Shown: in pieces, positions 45,003 through 53,667 of the stretch
Position numbering within the stretch: position 1 is the stretch's first letter
Layout of the letters: every line of letters begins with the position of its first letter
Source: Thermoanaerobaculia bacterium
Lineage (GTDB): Bacteria; Acidobacteriota; Thermoanaerobaculia; Multivoradales; UBA5704
Direction: 5' to 3'
Length of the DNA stretch: 64,000 nucleotides
Assembly (NCBI GenBank): GCA_035556715.1
Contig: DATMER010000074.1
Location: forward strand, 3,737-67,736
Position numbers and translations under genes: made by a program
Notes under the pieces: generated by a model
What the model was told of the DNA's origin: nothing
What the model saw: the letters and a program-made list of their open reading frames with translations, nothing else
The model's database searches: none

Positions 45003-48000
45003 TTAAAACCGCGCCGCCGCCGCCTGCCGCTCGAGCTGCATGACCTTGGCGTCGGGGTCCACCACCACCTGCTCGGGCTCGAACGGGCAGCGGATCTTCG
45101 CCACCTTCTCCTCCCCCGCCCCGAGGACCAGCGTGACGCGCGACTCCTTGTAATCGGGAGAGACCCGGCCGTCCTCACCCCAGCGCCAGCCGGCCGCGGC
45201 GGCGACCTCGACGGGCATGCGGCCGGTGCCGGCGTTCTTTACCCTCACGGTCACCTCCCACTCCCCTCCCCGCTGCTCCTTCTTCGCGTCCGAGAGCTGG
45301 TACTCGGGGATCACGATGCCGAAGAACCACTGCCGGGCGAACTCGTCGTAGGCGGTTTTGTCCGGTGCGTGGCGGCGCATCGCGGCCACGAAGTCGTGGA
45401 CCACCGGGTGGTCCGGGTTGTTGTGATAGATCCGGAAGTAGTCCCGCGTCCCTTCGAAGAAAGCCTCCCGGCCCATAAGGTGCATCAGCATCCACGTAAC
45501 CCACATGCCCTTGTCGTAGATGACCGCCGTATCCCCCGGCCGGAAACGGTAGGTCTCGGCGAGCGGCTTCTCGTCGCTCGGCTGGCGGAACTCGGCGTAA
45601 AAGGTCTCGGACCGGATGGCGAAGCCGATGCTCGGCTGCAAGCCCCGCAGCTCCTCGGTGAGCAGCCGCGTGGCGAAATGGGCGGTGCCCTCGGACATCA
45701 CCACGCCCCCCGGACCCTCGCCATCCTGCACGACGTGCCCCCACCAGGAGTGGGCGGCCTCGTGGGCGGCGATCAAGAAGGCCGCGTCGATGTCGGGCAT
45801 GCGGCGCGTGAGGAAGCCGATCCCCTCGGAAAAGAAGATGTTCGTGGCATTGCCCCGGCCGTACTGCACCAGGTTCGGGAACTCGTTGAGCCGCAGCTCG
45901 CGCCACGGGTAGGGATGGAACCACTCCGAGAAGTGCTGCCGGGCGCCGTCCATCGCCTCCAGCATGCTGTCCAGGTTGTACGTGTGCTCGGGGTGATGGT
46001 AGATGACCGTGCCGTTCTTCCCGCGCTTCTCGGCCCAGCGGCCGAAGGCGATGTTGAAGACCCGCACCGGGTAATCGGTGATCCAGACCACGGTGCGGCG
46101 GCCGTCCCGGACCTCATTGCTCTCCAGGGCTCCGGTGGAGGTCAGCATGTACTCCGCGGGCAGCGTCACCCGCAGGCGGTGGGTGAAGGCCGAGCGGTCG
46201 AGCTCCGCCTGGGTGATCCCGCGGTGCCAGCCGGGAGGGAAGGTCCGGGGCTGGTGCCCCCGCTCCTCGTTCTCGTGCTGGACCTGCGGATCCGCGCCGA
46301 TCTCGGGCTGGTACCCGATTATTGGCACGAAGTCGGGGTTGCGCCCGGTGACGAGACCCCCGGCCGGGGTGATGAACTCGCCCTGAGTCACGGGCCCGCC
46401 CTTGAGCGAGATGCCGGGGAGCAGCGCCCCCTCGTAGCGGAAGCCCAGCCGGACCGTGCCACCCGGACGCAGCGACAGCCGGAAGATCTGGAGACCGTGG
46501 CTGTCTTCCGGCTTCACCGGCTTGCCGTTCAGAGTCCACGAAAGCCCCTTCCACGCCTTCCCCACCGTGACCGAGAACCAGGGCAGCTCCTGCGGGTGCT
46601 CGTTGCGCAGATCGTAGAAGCCGTTCACCTGGAAGCTCCGGGTATCGGGCTCCAGGTCCAGGTCCATCTCCACGTTGGCGATGTACGGCCCCGGCTGGTT
46701 CAGCCAGGTCGAGTGGTTGAACCGCCAGTAGTCCTCACGCCACTTGCGGACCGCTCCCCCTTCGTAGCCCCGGTTCACCTGGGACCAGAGGGCGAAGCCG
46801 AACGCGAGGGGGACGAGCGCGAGCGCCGCGGCGGTTAGGAGCGTCCTCTTCCGCTGGCCCGGCTGCCGGCCGAAGAGCGGGTGGAGCGGGTCGCGGTCCT
46901 GGCGCGCGAAGAGCCGGAAGGCCAGGTAGAGGAACAGGGCCGCGAGACCGAGCACCATCAGCCGGTTGAGGAGCAGGGCCGCCCGGTCCATGGGGAAGGT
47001 CCCCATGTCCGTCCAATTGAGGGCTCCGAAGAGCGCCCAGTTCCCCGCCCAAGTCATGTTGTTCTCCACCAGGGCCCAGACGGTCAGGATGAGCGCCATG
47101 AAACCGACCCCGTAGGTGCCGAACTGGCTTCGAGTGAGAGCGAACACGGCCAGGAGGAAGGAGACCCAGAGGATCACGGTGGGGATGAGCAGCAGCCCCC
47201 AGACCAGGAGGAAGGGTCCAAGGTCCATGTCCACGACGCCGCCCTGGTTGCGCATGACTATCGCCGCCGTGAACAGCGCCGCCAGCAGGACGGCGAGGAC
47301 GATCGCGCCGTTGGCGAGGGTCTTGCCCAGGAGCAGGGACGCCGTCCGGACCGGGGTAGTGTAGATCACCGCCGCCGCGCCCGTGGCGAGCTCCCGGCGC
47401 AGGGATTCCACCGTGTAGAAGAGCAGAAGGAGGAGCAGGCCGGCGGTCAGGATGTTGAACGAGCTCACCGCCGCGGTGCCGGGGGTGAGATAGATGTTCG
47501 ACTGGAACTCGTTCTCGAACTGGTTTACGAAGAAGAGCGCGACCAGGTTCAGGACGATGAAGACGAGGATGTACAGGGCCGGATGGGAGAACAGCTCCTT
47601 GATCTCGAACCGGGCCACCGTGAGAAGGCCGGATAGCGTCCCCCGCGCGCGGGAAGTCATGCCCAGGACGCCGAGAGGCTCCGAAGTCGGCACCGTGACC
47701 GCAGCCTCTTCAGCCTTGCGCCGCCAGCGCTCCCAGCGGGGAGCCTTCCGCGCCGTCTTGAGCCGTCCCGCGAAATGCCGCCGGGAAAGGTCCACCAGGA
47801 GCAGCCCCACCGCCGCGACCCCGAGGCGGCTCAGCAGGTACGGCGCCGACCAGGCGATCGGCTGCGTGTTGTAGTAAGCGATCCCCCGGTCCACCGTTAG
47901 ATAGGTCTGCCGCAGCCACTTGAAGCCCGAGGGGTCGAGCATCTGGACCCAGAACCGGGTGGTCTGGCTGATGTCCATCGGGTTCCAGCTCCAGAAGAAC

Positions 48001-48653
48001 CCCCAGAAGAAGAGGAATGCGGCCACCGGCAGGAAGAAGACCAGGACCGGCTTTCCAGTGAAGCGGCCGAGGGCGAAGGCGGCCCCGGCGACGAATAGAG
48101 CCGTCGGCACCAGGATCACCAGGATCGGGACCACGTAGATGCGCAGCGCGAACGGTCCGTAGGCCTCGGGCCGCTCCGGGTTCGGCATACCATGGGTGAA
48201 CACGATGATCATCAGGACGAACAGCGCGAGGACGCCCAGAGTGCTCCCGACCGCGCCCAGGAACTTGCCCCAGACGTACTCGCCGGGAGACAGCGGCGTC
48301 GAGTGCAGGATCTCGCCGACTTTGTTCTCGGCGTCGCGGATCAGCGGCGTGCCGGCGGCGATGGCCACGAAGAAGGAGAGGACGAAGAAGCCCATGATCG
48401 CCGCCACGTAGGCGATCTGGAACTCGGAGTTCACGTAGGCCAGGTTGCCCCCCATGGACGTGCTGTTCGAGCGCACGAGCCACTCCCCCTGGGACACCAT
48501 CCGGGCGTTCCAGGCCATGAAGATCACCCAGAACCAGAAGAACGGGCGGCGCAGGGACTCCTGGAGATCGAGCTGCGTGACGAGCCAGAGGCGGCGGATG
48601 CTCAAGGGCGGACCTCGCGATGCTGCTTCATGGTGGCTTCCTCCTCCAGCCAT
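45003..48653 (-). CDS. ABC-2 type transporter permease fused to C-terminal M1-family aminopeptidase domain
   Basis: N-terminal ~800 aa has many TM helices in ABC-2 permease style; C-terminal HEAAHSWWGH (HExxH) M1 zinc motif. Start uncertain: ATG 48653 or a frameshifted start at 48631 with a strong RBS. Confidence 0.65.
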   Translation of the reverse strand: MAGGGSHHEAASRGPPLSIRRLWLVTQLDLQESLRRPFFWFWVIFMAWNARMVSQGEWLVRSNSTSMGGNLAYVNSEFQIAYVAAIMGFFVLSFFVAIAAGTPLIRDAENKVGEILHSTPLSPGEYVWGKFLGAVGSTLGVLALFVLMIIVFTHGMPNPERPEAYGPFALRIYVVPILVILVPTALFVAGAAFALGRFTGKPVLVFFLPVAAFLFFWGFFWSWNPMDISQTTRFWVQMLDPSGFKWLRQTYLTVDRGIAYYNTQPIAWSAPYLLSRLGVAAVGLLLVDLSRRHFAGRLKTARKAPRWERWRRKAEEAAVTVPTSEPLGVLGMTSRARGTLSGLLTVARFEIKELFSHPALYILVFIVLNLVALFFVNQFENEFQSNIYLTPGTAAVSSFNILTAGLLLLLLFYTVESLRRELATGAAAVIYTTPVRTASLLLGKTLANGAIVLAVLLAALFTAAIVMRNQGGVVDMDLGPFLLVWGLLLIPTVILWVSFLLAVFALTRSQFGTYGVGFMALILTVWALVENNMTWAGNWALFGALNWTDMGTFPMDRAALLLNRLMVLGLAALFLYLAFRLFARQDRDPLHPLFGRQPGQRKRTLLTAAALALVPLAFGFALWSQVNRGYEGGAVRKWREDYWRFNHSTWLNQPGPYIANVEMDLDLEPDTRSFQVNGFYDLRNEHPQELPWFSVTVGKAWKGLSWTLNGKPVKPEDSHGLQIFRLSLRPGGTVRLGFRYEGALLPGISLKGGPVTQGEFITPAGGLVTGRNPDFVPIIGYQPEIGADPQVQHENEERGHQPRTFPPGWHRGITQAELDRSAFTHRLRVTLPAEYMLTSTGALESNEVRDGRRTVVWITDYPVRVFNIAFGRWAEKRGKNGTVIYHHPEHTYNLDSMLEAMDGARQHFSEWFHPYPWRELRLNEFPNLVQYGRGNATNIFFSEGIGFLTRRMPDIDAAFLIAAHEAAHSWWGHVVQDGEGPGGVVMSEGTAHFATRLLTEELRGLQPSIGFAIRSETFYAEFRQPSDEKPLAETYRFRPGDTAVIYDKGMWVTWMLMHLMGREAFFEGTRDYFRIYHNNPDHPVVHDFVAAMRRHAPDKTAYDEFARQWFFGIVIPEYQLSDAKKEQRGGEWEVTVRVKNAGTGRMPVEVAAAAGWRWGEDGRVSPDYKESRVTLVLGAGEEKVAKIRCPFEPEQVVVDPDAKVMQLERQAAAARF

Positions 48654-48713
48654 TACGGGTGGCGGGCGGTCGGGTTTCAGGTAGGATTGTGCCAACCTCC
48701 TGAGGAGAAGGAT

Positions 48714-49520
48714 ATGACCCGATTCCGTTGGGTATTGGCCTTCGTGCTGGCCGCCGGTTGCGCGACCGCTCCCCCGCCTCCGAAGCCCGCGGCTCTGCCT
48801 GCTCCTGGCACCGAAGACCTCTGGGCAGTCTACGCCGCGGCAGTGCGGACGGCGCAATACCCCGTCCAGGACCACATCTCCCGCGATCTGGTGCCGATCC
48901 TCCGCACCAATCCGGAGCTGCGTTGGGACCAGGGGCGTGTCCTGATGGCCACCTGGACGAAGAAGAAGTACTACGAGGGCAAGGTCGGCCAGCCCTACAC
49001 GCTTCCCAAAGGCGTCACCGTCTGGCTGACCGCCGTGCCCTATCTCCAGGAGGACTGCCGCGGCTGGGGCCTTCCTGCCGAGAAGCTTCCCCTCCGCATT
49101 GCCCAGTCGCTGGGCCTGCCGCCGCCGTCCGAGGGAGGCAACGACGCCTTCGTCCAGATGTGGGTCGATCCCCGCACGTTCTTCCGTCCCTGCTCCGATC
49201 CCGAGATCACCGACCAGGAGTGCCAGGTTTATCTCGACGGTGGGCCGGCCGACCGGACCGGCGATTGTCCGTGGTCCGCCGATCAAGTCTCCGGCGCCTT
49301 CGTCCGCGTCTCGGACAGCCACCTCGACTGGATGTGCGGCAACTGGAAGAGCACCTACACCGGGGACCCGATGACCAGCTATCCGTGGACCGCTCTCGGC
49401 TACACCTTCGACTGGGGGGACCTCCTCCACCCCTGGGGCCAGAGCGAGTATGTGGTGCCGCCGGGAACGACGGTGTGGATCGACAAGAAGATCTTCACGG
49501 CGGAGGAGTACTGCCGGTAG
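48714..49520 (+). CDS. Lipoprotein of unknown function
   Basis: MTRFRWVLAFVLAAGCATAPP lipobox; several Cys; its 3' end is duplicated downstream at 50195-50340. Confidence 0.6.
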   Translation: MTRFRWVLAFVLAAGCATAPPPPKPAALPAPGTEDLWAVYAAAVRTAQYPVQDHISRDLVPILRTNPELRWDQGRVLMATWTKKKYYEGKVGQPYTLPKGVTVWLTAVPYLQEDCRGWGLPAEKLPLRIAQSLGLPPPSEGGNDAFVQMWVDPRTFFRPCSDPEITDQECQVYLDGGPADRTGDCPWSADQVSGAFVRVSDSHLDWMCGNWKSTYTGDPMTSYPWTALGYTFDWGDLLHPWGQSEYVVPPGTTVWIDKKIFTAEEYCR

Positions 49521-49525
49521 TGCTT

Positions 49526-49822
49526 CTAAGATCCGAGGCGATACTTCCAATAGTCTGGATGGCGGCTGTGGTGCTTGACCACTAGGATGCGTATGTCGTC
49601 GCCTTCCTGGCGGTAGTAGATGCCATAAGGAAAACGCCGCATCACCAAGCGTCGCACATCATCCTCGACGACCCGCCAGCGATAGGGGGCGGCCAGGATC
49701 GCAGCAATGGCAGCGTCGAAATCGCGCAGGAAGCGACTGCCGAGCCCTGGCTCCCGGCCTTCGTAGAACCGGACGGCCTCAACCAACTCTCCCTCAGCGT
49801 CCGGATGGTAGGTCAGCTTCAT
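49526..49822 (-). CDS. relE: RelE/ParE-family toxin
   Basis: 98 aa; RelE/ParE-like conserved basic residues RRFPYGIYYRQEGDDIRILVVKHHSRHP. Confidence 0.8.
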   Translation of the reverse strand: MKLTYHPDAEGELVEAVRFYEGREPGLGSRFLRDFDAAIAAILAAPYRWRVVEDDVRRLVMRRFPYGIYYRQEGDDIRILVVKHHSRHPDYWKYRLGS

Positions 49823-50052
49823 CGGAGAGCTCGGCGCGCAGCCTCCATGACCTGCTCGTGAGACCGGCCCTCGACCGCCCCCGTAGCCAGCTCTCGATCC
49901 CGCCTCTTAGCCTGATCGACGGCTTCTCGCTCCTCAGCGCCGCCGCCAACTCCAGGCTCTTCATCGATGCTCTGCCAGAGCGCTTGCGCCAAGTCAATCC
50001 GATCTGACAGCGGTAGCGCCAGCACCTTCTGGGTAAGCTCTTCGTTCGACAT
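49819..50052 (-). CDS. Addiction-module antitoxin (TIGR02574-like)
   Basis: MSNEELTQKVLALPLSDRIDLAQALWQSIDEE; its stop overlaps the relE start. The upstream in-frame extension to 50154 is a duplicated 5' fragment of the DUF3782 gene. Confidence 0.6.
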   Translation of the reverse strand: MSNEELTQKVLALPLSDRIDLAQALWQSIDEEPGVGGGAEEREAVDQAKRRDRELATGAVEGRSHEQVMEAARRALR

Positions 50053-50194
50053 GGCTTCCAAAGTAAGAGGTCCCTGAGCTTGAGTCAAGCGAGCCTGTCT
50101 AGCACCAGACCTGAGCTCTTGGTCGGTCACGGAATCAATGTTCTCCCAAAGCACACCCGCAGTGACATCCTATCACGCGACGTGACCATCTCAC

Positions 50195-50340
50195 CTGGCA
50201 GCGCTCGGCTACACCTTTGACTGGGGGATGTCCTCCATCCTAAAGGACAGAGCGAGTACGTGGTGCCGCCGGGAACGACTGTGTGGATCGAGAAGATCTT
50301 CACGGCAGAGAGTACTGCGGAGGAGAAACCCAGACACCCT
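50195..50340 (+). pseudogene. Decayed duplicate of the 3' end of lipoprotein gene 48714..49520
   Basis: ~85% nucleotide identity to 49385-49520, with two 3-nt deletions; encodes ...VVPPGTTVWIEKIFTAE. Confidence 0.6.
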
Positions 50341-50351
50341 GACTCCGAAGC

Positions 50352-50398
50352 CGCGCGGGCGGGGGCTTCCTCTCCCGCGAAGCGGGGGAGGATAGAGG
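50352..50398. repeat. Left inverted repeat (IR-L) of STAND cassette
   Basis: GGGCTTCCTCTCCCGCGAAGCGGGGGAGGATAGAGGAGGGGGTC is ~42/47 identical to the inverse complement of 53286-53332. Confidence 0.6.
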
Positions 50399-50408
50399 AG
50401 GGGGTCTT

Positions 50409-50804
50409 CTACCCGTTCCCCACCCGGTTCCCGCTCCCCGCAATCTGGACGTTCGTGTTGCCGTCCCCGGTGATGTTCGCCGTCTGCTGGATCGAGACCC
50501 CCGGCCGGACCTCTTCCACGAGGCGAGCCAACTCGGTGAGAAGGTCGGGATCCGCCGCGAGCCGCTCCTCCAGGAACAGGCGCACGGCCGCCTGGGCATC
50601 CGGCTTCTCCGGCGCGGCCTCCAGCTTGGTCAGGGCCTTCTCCTCGGCGGGTCCGGTGAAACGCTGCTTGAGTGTCTGATACAGCTTGCCGGCTCCCCCG
50701 ACGGTCGCCTCCCCGATCTTCTTCGCACCGGCCTTGGCAGCTTCGACGAGATAGGGGGATAGTAAGGTTACGACGGCTGTTGCGACGGTCGCAGGATCGA
50801 TCAT
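50409..50804 (-). CDS. Small hypothetical protein sharing a terminal motif with the adjacent STAND ATPase
   Basis: 131 aa. C-terminal ITGDGNTNVQIAGSGNRVGNG resembles the STAND N-terminal SGEQNVNVQIQGDNNVVLLG. Confidence 0.45.
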   Translation of the reverse strand: MIDPATVATAVVTLLSPYLVEAAKAGAKKIGEATVGGAGKLYQTLKQRFTGPAEEKALTKLEAAPEKPDAQAAVRLFLEERLAADPDLLTELARLVEEVRPGVSIQQTANITGDGNTNVQIAGSGNRVGNG

Positions 50805-50839
50805 GAGGGGCTCCCTGGGTCAGGAGAAGGTTCGAAAGG

Positions 50840-53242
50840 CTACGGCGATTCGGGCGGTTGGATCTTCTGAAAGGTAGAGTCGATTGCCTCGATCAGCTCG
50901 GAATCGGGTTGCCGATCGTTCTGCTCCGAGAGTCTTAGATACAAGGAGGTCATCTTCGCCATTCCTTCCTGCAAAGTCGCCGGGCGGGCTAAGAAAAAAT
51001 GCAGATGCATTCGGACAGCCTCCTCCGAAAACTGCAGCGCCTTACCAAAATCACCGAACTCCTGTAGGCAACAGGCTAAATTGTAAAGAGAGAAGGCAAG
51101 ACTCAGCCTGAACTCTTCCAGGCCAGTTTGCGAGAGATCACGAAATACATCCACTGCCTCTGCCGCCACCTCTAGTGCCTCTTCGCGACGGCCAAGATCG
51201 CTCAGAATGCCTGACAGGATGGTGAGCGACTTTCCAAGGTCCGGACGGAACGCGTCCGGATGAGACTGCGAAAGCTCGCGATATACATCCACCGCCTCCT
51301 GCACTGCCTTGAGAGCCTCTTTATGATGGTCAAGAAGGCGCAGCCAGAGAGCCAGATTGCTGAGCGATGCCGCAAGCTGCAAACGAAATACGCCGGGAGA
51401 GGACTGCGAAAGCTCACGACATACATCCACCGCCGCCTGCACTGCCTCCAGCGCCTCTTTATAACGCCTAAGATCACCCAGACAGCTAGACAGGTTGATG
51501 AGCGACTTCCCAAGATCCGGAAGGAATGCGTCTGGGCGGGACTGTGCAAGCTCGCGCAAGATGGCCACCGACTCCTGAACAGCCTCCAAGGCCTCTTTGT
51601 GACGGCCGAAACCGCTCAGACGGTTGGACAGGGTAATTAGCGAAAGCGCCAAGTGCGGACGAGACGTGTCCTGCGGAAGCTCGCGATTTGCATCCACCGC
51701 CTCCTGCGCCAAATGCAGAGCCTCTTCGCTACGGCCAAGAGCGTTCAGACGGATGGACAGGTTGTTGATGAACCCGGCCAGCTCTTCCTTGTCACCTTCC
51801 ACCCGGAGCCTTTCCACCACCGCTGCCGTGAGCCTTGCGGCGACCTCGCGCAAGACCAGTGTCTTCTCCGGGAGCTGATTGACCAGCCTCAACAGAGCTT
51901 GCGTGTCTCCGACTCTTTCCGCCAGGCAATCGAGCCATTCCGCGGGCCTCCCATCCACGCCGCCGAAGTCCTGGGCCATCCGGATGACCACTGCGGTGAT
52001 GCGCTCCGGCGCGATGGCGGCCGCGCGGGCGACCGACTCCCTGGCCTTGCCGGGATCGCCGTCGCCGAGGGCGAGGAGGATTGCGGCCTCCCCTACGATG
52101 TCCGGAAGGATTGGTGCGACGTCCGCCCCTGCCCTGGGGAGCACCGCGTGCAGGATCTTGTAGATCTCTGGAGGATCACCGACTCTAACGTAGCGCAACG
52201 CTCTCGCCTCGACCTCGATGGCTTCTTCCGCCTGATCGCGCGTGAGCCCCTGGCAGAGGGTCGCATACGCCGCCATGTGGCAGACCAGGGACCGTGAGTG
52301 TTGCAGGCGGCTCTCGCCGATCCGCCCGATCCGGTTCAGCTCGTGCCGCCGGGCGACCTCGAAGGCTAGGTCGGACCTATTCAAGGTGAGGACGTGCGCG
52401 AAGCCCTCCCTTGCCGCAATCAAGCCGGCCATCAAAAGGAAAAGCGGCTCGCCGCCCCACTCCAGTTTTGCCAGGTCGCGGTCGAACCCACGGCCCTCCT
52501 CCGGCAGCCTCAGATCGCTCCCCGCCTTACTGAATACCTCTTCGAGGATGTTGCGCCGGTCCTCGACAGGCGCGAGAGGAGAGAGCACGTAAGGGCCATC
52601 GGCAGGATCGAGCTTGCGCTGGACGGCGGTATCGCCCCACCCTCCGCTCTGGAAGGCTTCCGCCCACCAGCCGCCTTTGGGATCGGCGTACCGCTCGAGG
52701 AGCAGGATACGGAGCTTGCCGCCAGCCGGCGGTGAGCTGGCGAGGTCGTCCAGCCAATCCCGCAGCCAGGGGAGTCGGGCAGCCGCGTAGTCCACTACGG
52801 CGAGGGTGGGGCGCGGCAGGCTGGCCGTGACGGATTCCAGGGACGGGGTGGCCTTCACGAAACCGGCGCTCCATCCCCGTAGGACTGCCTCCTCGCAGAG
52901 CTCCAGGGCGAGGCGTGTCTTGCCGCCTCCTCCAGGCGCCGTGACCACGCGGATGGACAGGTCCGGATCACCATCCATCCAGGACCAGAGGTCGGCAAGC
53001 TCCCGCTCCCGTCCCACGAGGGGGACCGCCATGGCGTAGGGGCTGAGGATCTCGGCGGCCTCGCCTGCCTCAACGGGGGAAGAGAGGGCTTCCCTCCGGC
53101 GGCCCCGGTAGAGCGTGAGGTCGAGACGGGACCTACCGAGGAGGACGACGTTGTTGTCGCCCTGGATCTGCACGTTGACGTTCTGCTCCCCGGAGAGGCT
53201 CGCGCTCTGGGAACGGCTCGGCGCGTCGGGGTCGGAGGGCAT
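50840..53242 (-). CDS. STAND-type P-loop NTPase with C-terminal TPR array
   Basis: Walker A VVTAPGGGGKTRLALEL; hhhhD Walker B LAVVD; at least 8 TPR units, several encoded by near-identical 126-bp nucleotide repeats. Confidence 0.75.
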   Translation of the reverse strand: MPSDPDAPSRSQSASLSGEQNVNVQIQGDNNVVLLGRSRLDLTLYRGRRREALSSPVEAGEAAEILSPYAMAVPLVGRERELADLWSWMDGDPDLSIRVVTAPGGGGKTRLALELCEEAVLRGWSAGFVKATPSLESVTASLPRPTLAVVDYAAARLPWLRDWLDDLASSPPAGGKLRILLLERYADPKGGWWAEAFQSGGWGDTAVQRKLDPADGPYVLSPLAPVEDRRNILEEVFSKAGSDLRLPEEGRGFDRDLAKLEWGGEPLFLLMAGLIAAREGFAHVLTLNRSDLAFEVARRHELNRIGRIGESRLQHSRSLVCHMAAYATLCQGLTRDQAEEAIEVEARALRYVRVGDPPEIYKILHAVLPRAGADVAPILPDIVGEAAILLALGDGDPGKARESVARAAAIAPERITAVVIRMAQDFGGVDGRPAEWLDCLAERVGDTQALLRLVNQLPEKTLVLREVAARLTAAVVERLRVEGDKEELAGFINNLSIRLNALGRSEEALHLAQEAVDANRELPQDTSRPHLALSLITLSNRLSGFGRHKEALEAVQESVAILRELAQSRPDAFLPDLGKSLINLSSCLGDLRRYKEALEAVQAAVDVCRELSQSSPGVFRLQLAASLSNLALWLRLLDHHKEALKAVQEAVDVYRELSQSHPDAFRPDLGKSLTILSGILSDLGRREEALEVAAEAVDVFRDLSQTGLEEFRLSLAFSLYNLACCLQEFGDFGKALQFSEEAVRMHLHFFLARPATLQEGMAKMTSLYLRLSEQNDRQPDSELIEAIDSTFQKIQPPESP

Positions 53243-53285
53243 GGATTCGGCTCGTCGGAGGTTTCTCTCAAGATATCACGCGCAG

Positions 53286-53332
53286 ATGTGCGGACCCCCT
53301 CCCCTGCCCTCCCCCGCTGCGCGGGAGAGGGA
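53286..53332. repeat. Right inverted repeat (IR-R) of STAND cassette / partial palindromic-family copy F
   Basis: GACCCCCTCCCCTGCCCTCCCCCGCTGCGCGGGAGAGGGAGCC; followed at 53336-53353 by GGAGGAGTACTGCCGGTGG, a copy of the lipoprotein 3' end. Confidence 0.6.
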
Positions 53333-53351
53333 GCCCGGAGGAGTACTGCCG

Positions 53352-53625
53352 GTGGCGCGAGAGATTGTGAGCGGCAGGCGCGCGGCGCACGCCCTGAGAG
53401 GGCGGCTTCCGCCCTTTAAAGGGCGGTGTCCGCCCTCTGAGGGACGATGCTCGCCCTTTGAGGGACGATGCCCGCCCTCTGAGGGGCAGCCTTCGCCCTT
53501 TGAGGGACGATGTCCGCCCTTCGAGGGACGGTCTCCGCCCTTCGAGGGGCGATGCCCGCCCTTTGAGGGATGGCATCCGCCCTTTGAAGGCGACGGCCGC
53601 CCCGGAAGGGCGAGCGCCTCCGCAT
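53352..53625. repeat. Tandem array of ~13 x 21-bp direct repeats
   Basis: Unit consensus CGCCCTYYGAGGGACGATGYC, each containing a CCCT-N3-AGGG mini-palindrome. ORFs on both strands here show heptad periodicity and are repeat artefacts. Confidence 0.75.
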
Positions 53626-53667
53626 GAGGACATCCGGCGACCGGAGAGGAGTTATTGCCTGTAGAGC

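Noticed and set aside
48654-49550. N-terminal ~300 residues of the 1515-aa minus ORF 45003..49550
   Set aside because: This stretch is antisense to the plus-strand lipoprotein gene 48714..49520 and translates to low-complexity sequence. The real permease start is placed at 48653 or 48631.
53268-53664. Small ORFs on both strands encoding heptad-repeat peptides (FEGRCPP..., SLKGRAS...)
   Set aside because: They are translations of the 21-bp tandem DNA repeat: open in multiple frames on both strands, with no start context, which is diagnostic of a non-coding repeat.
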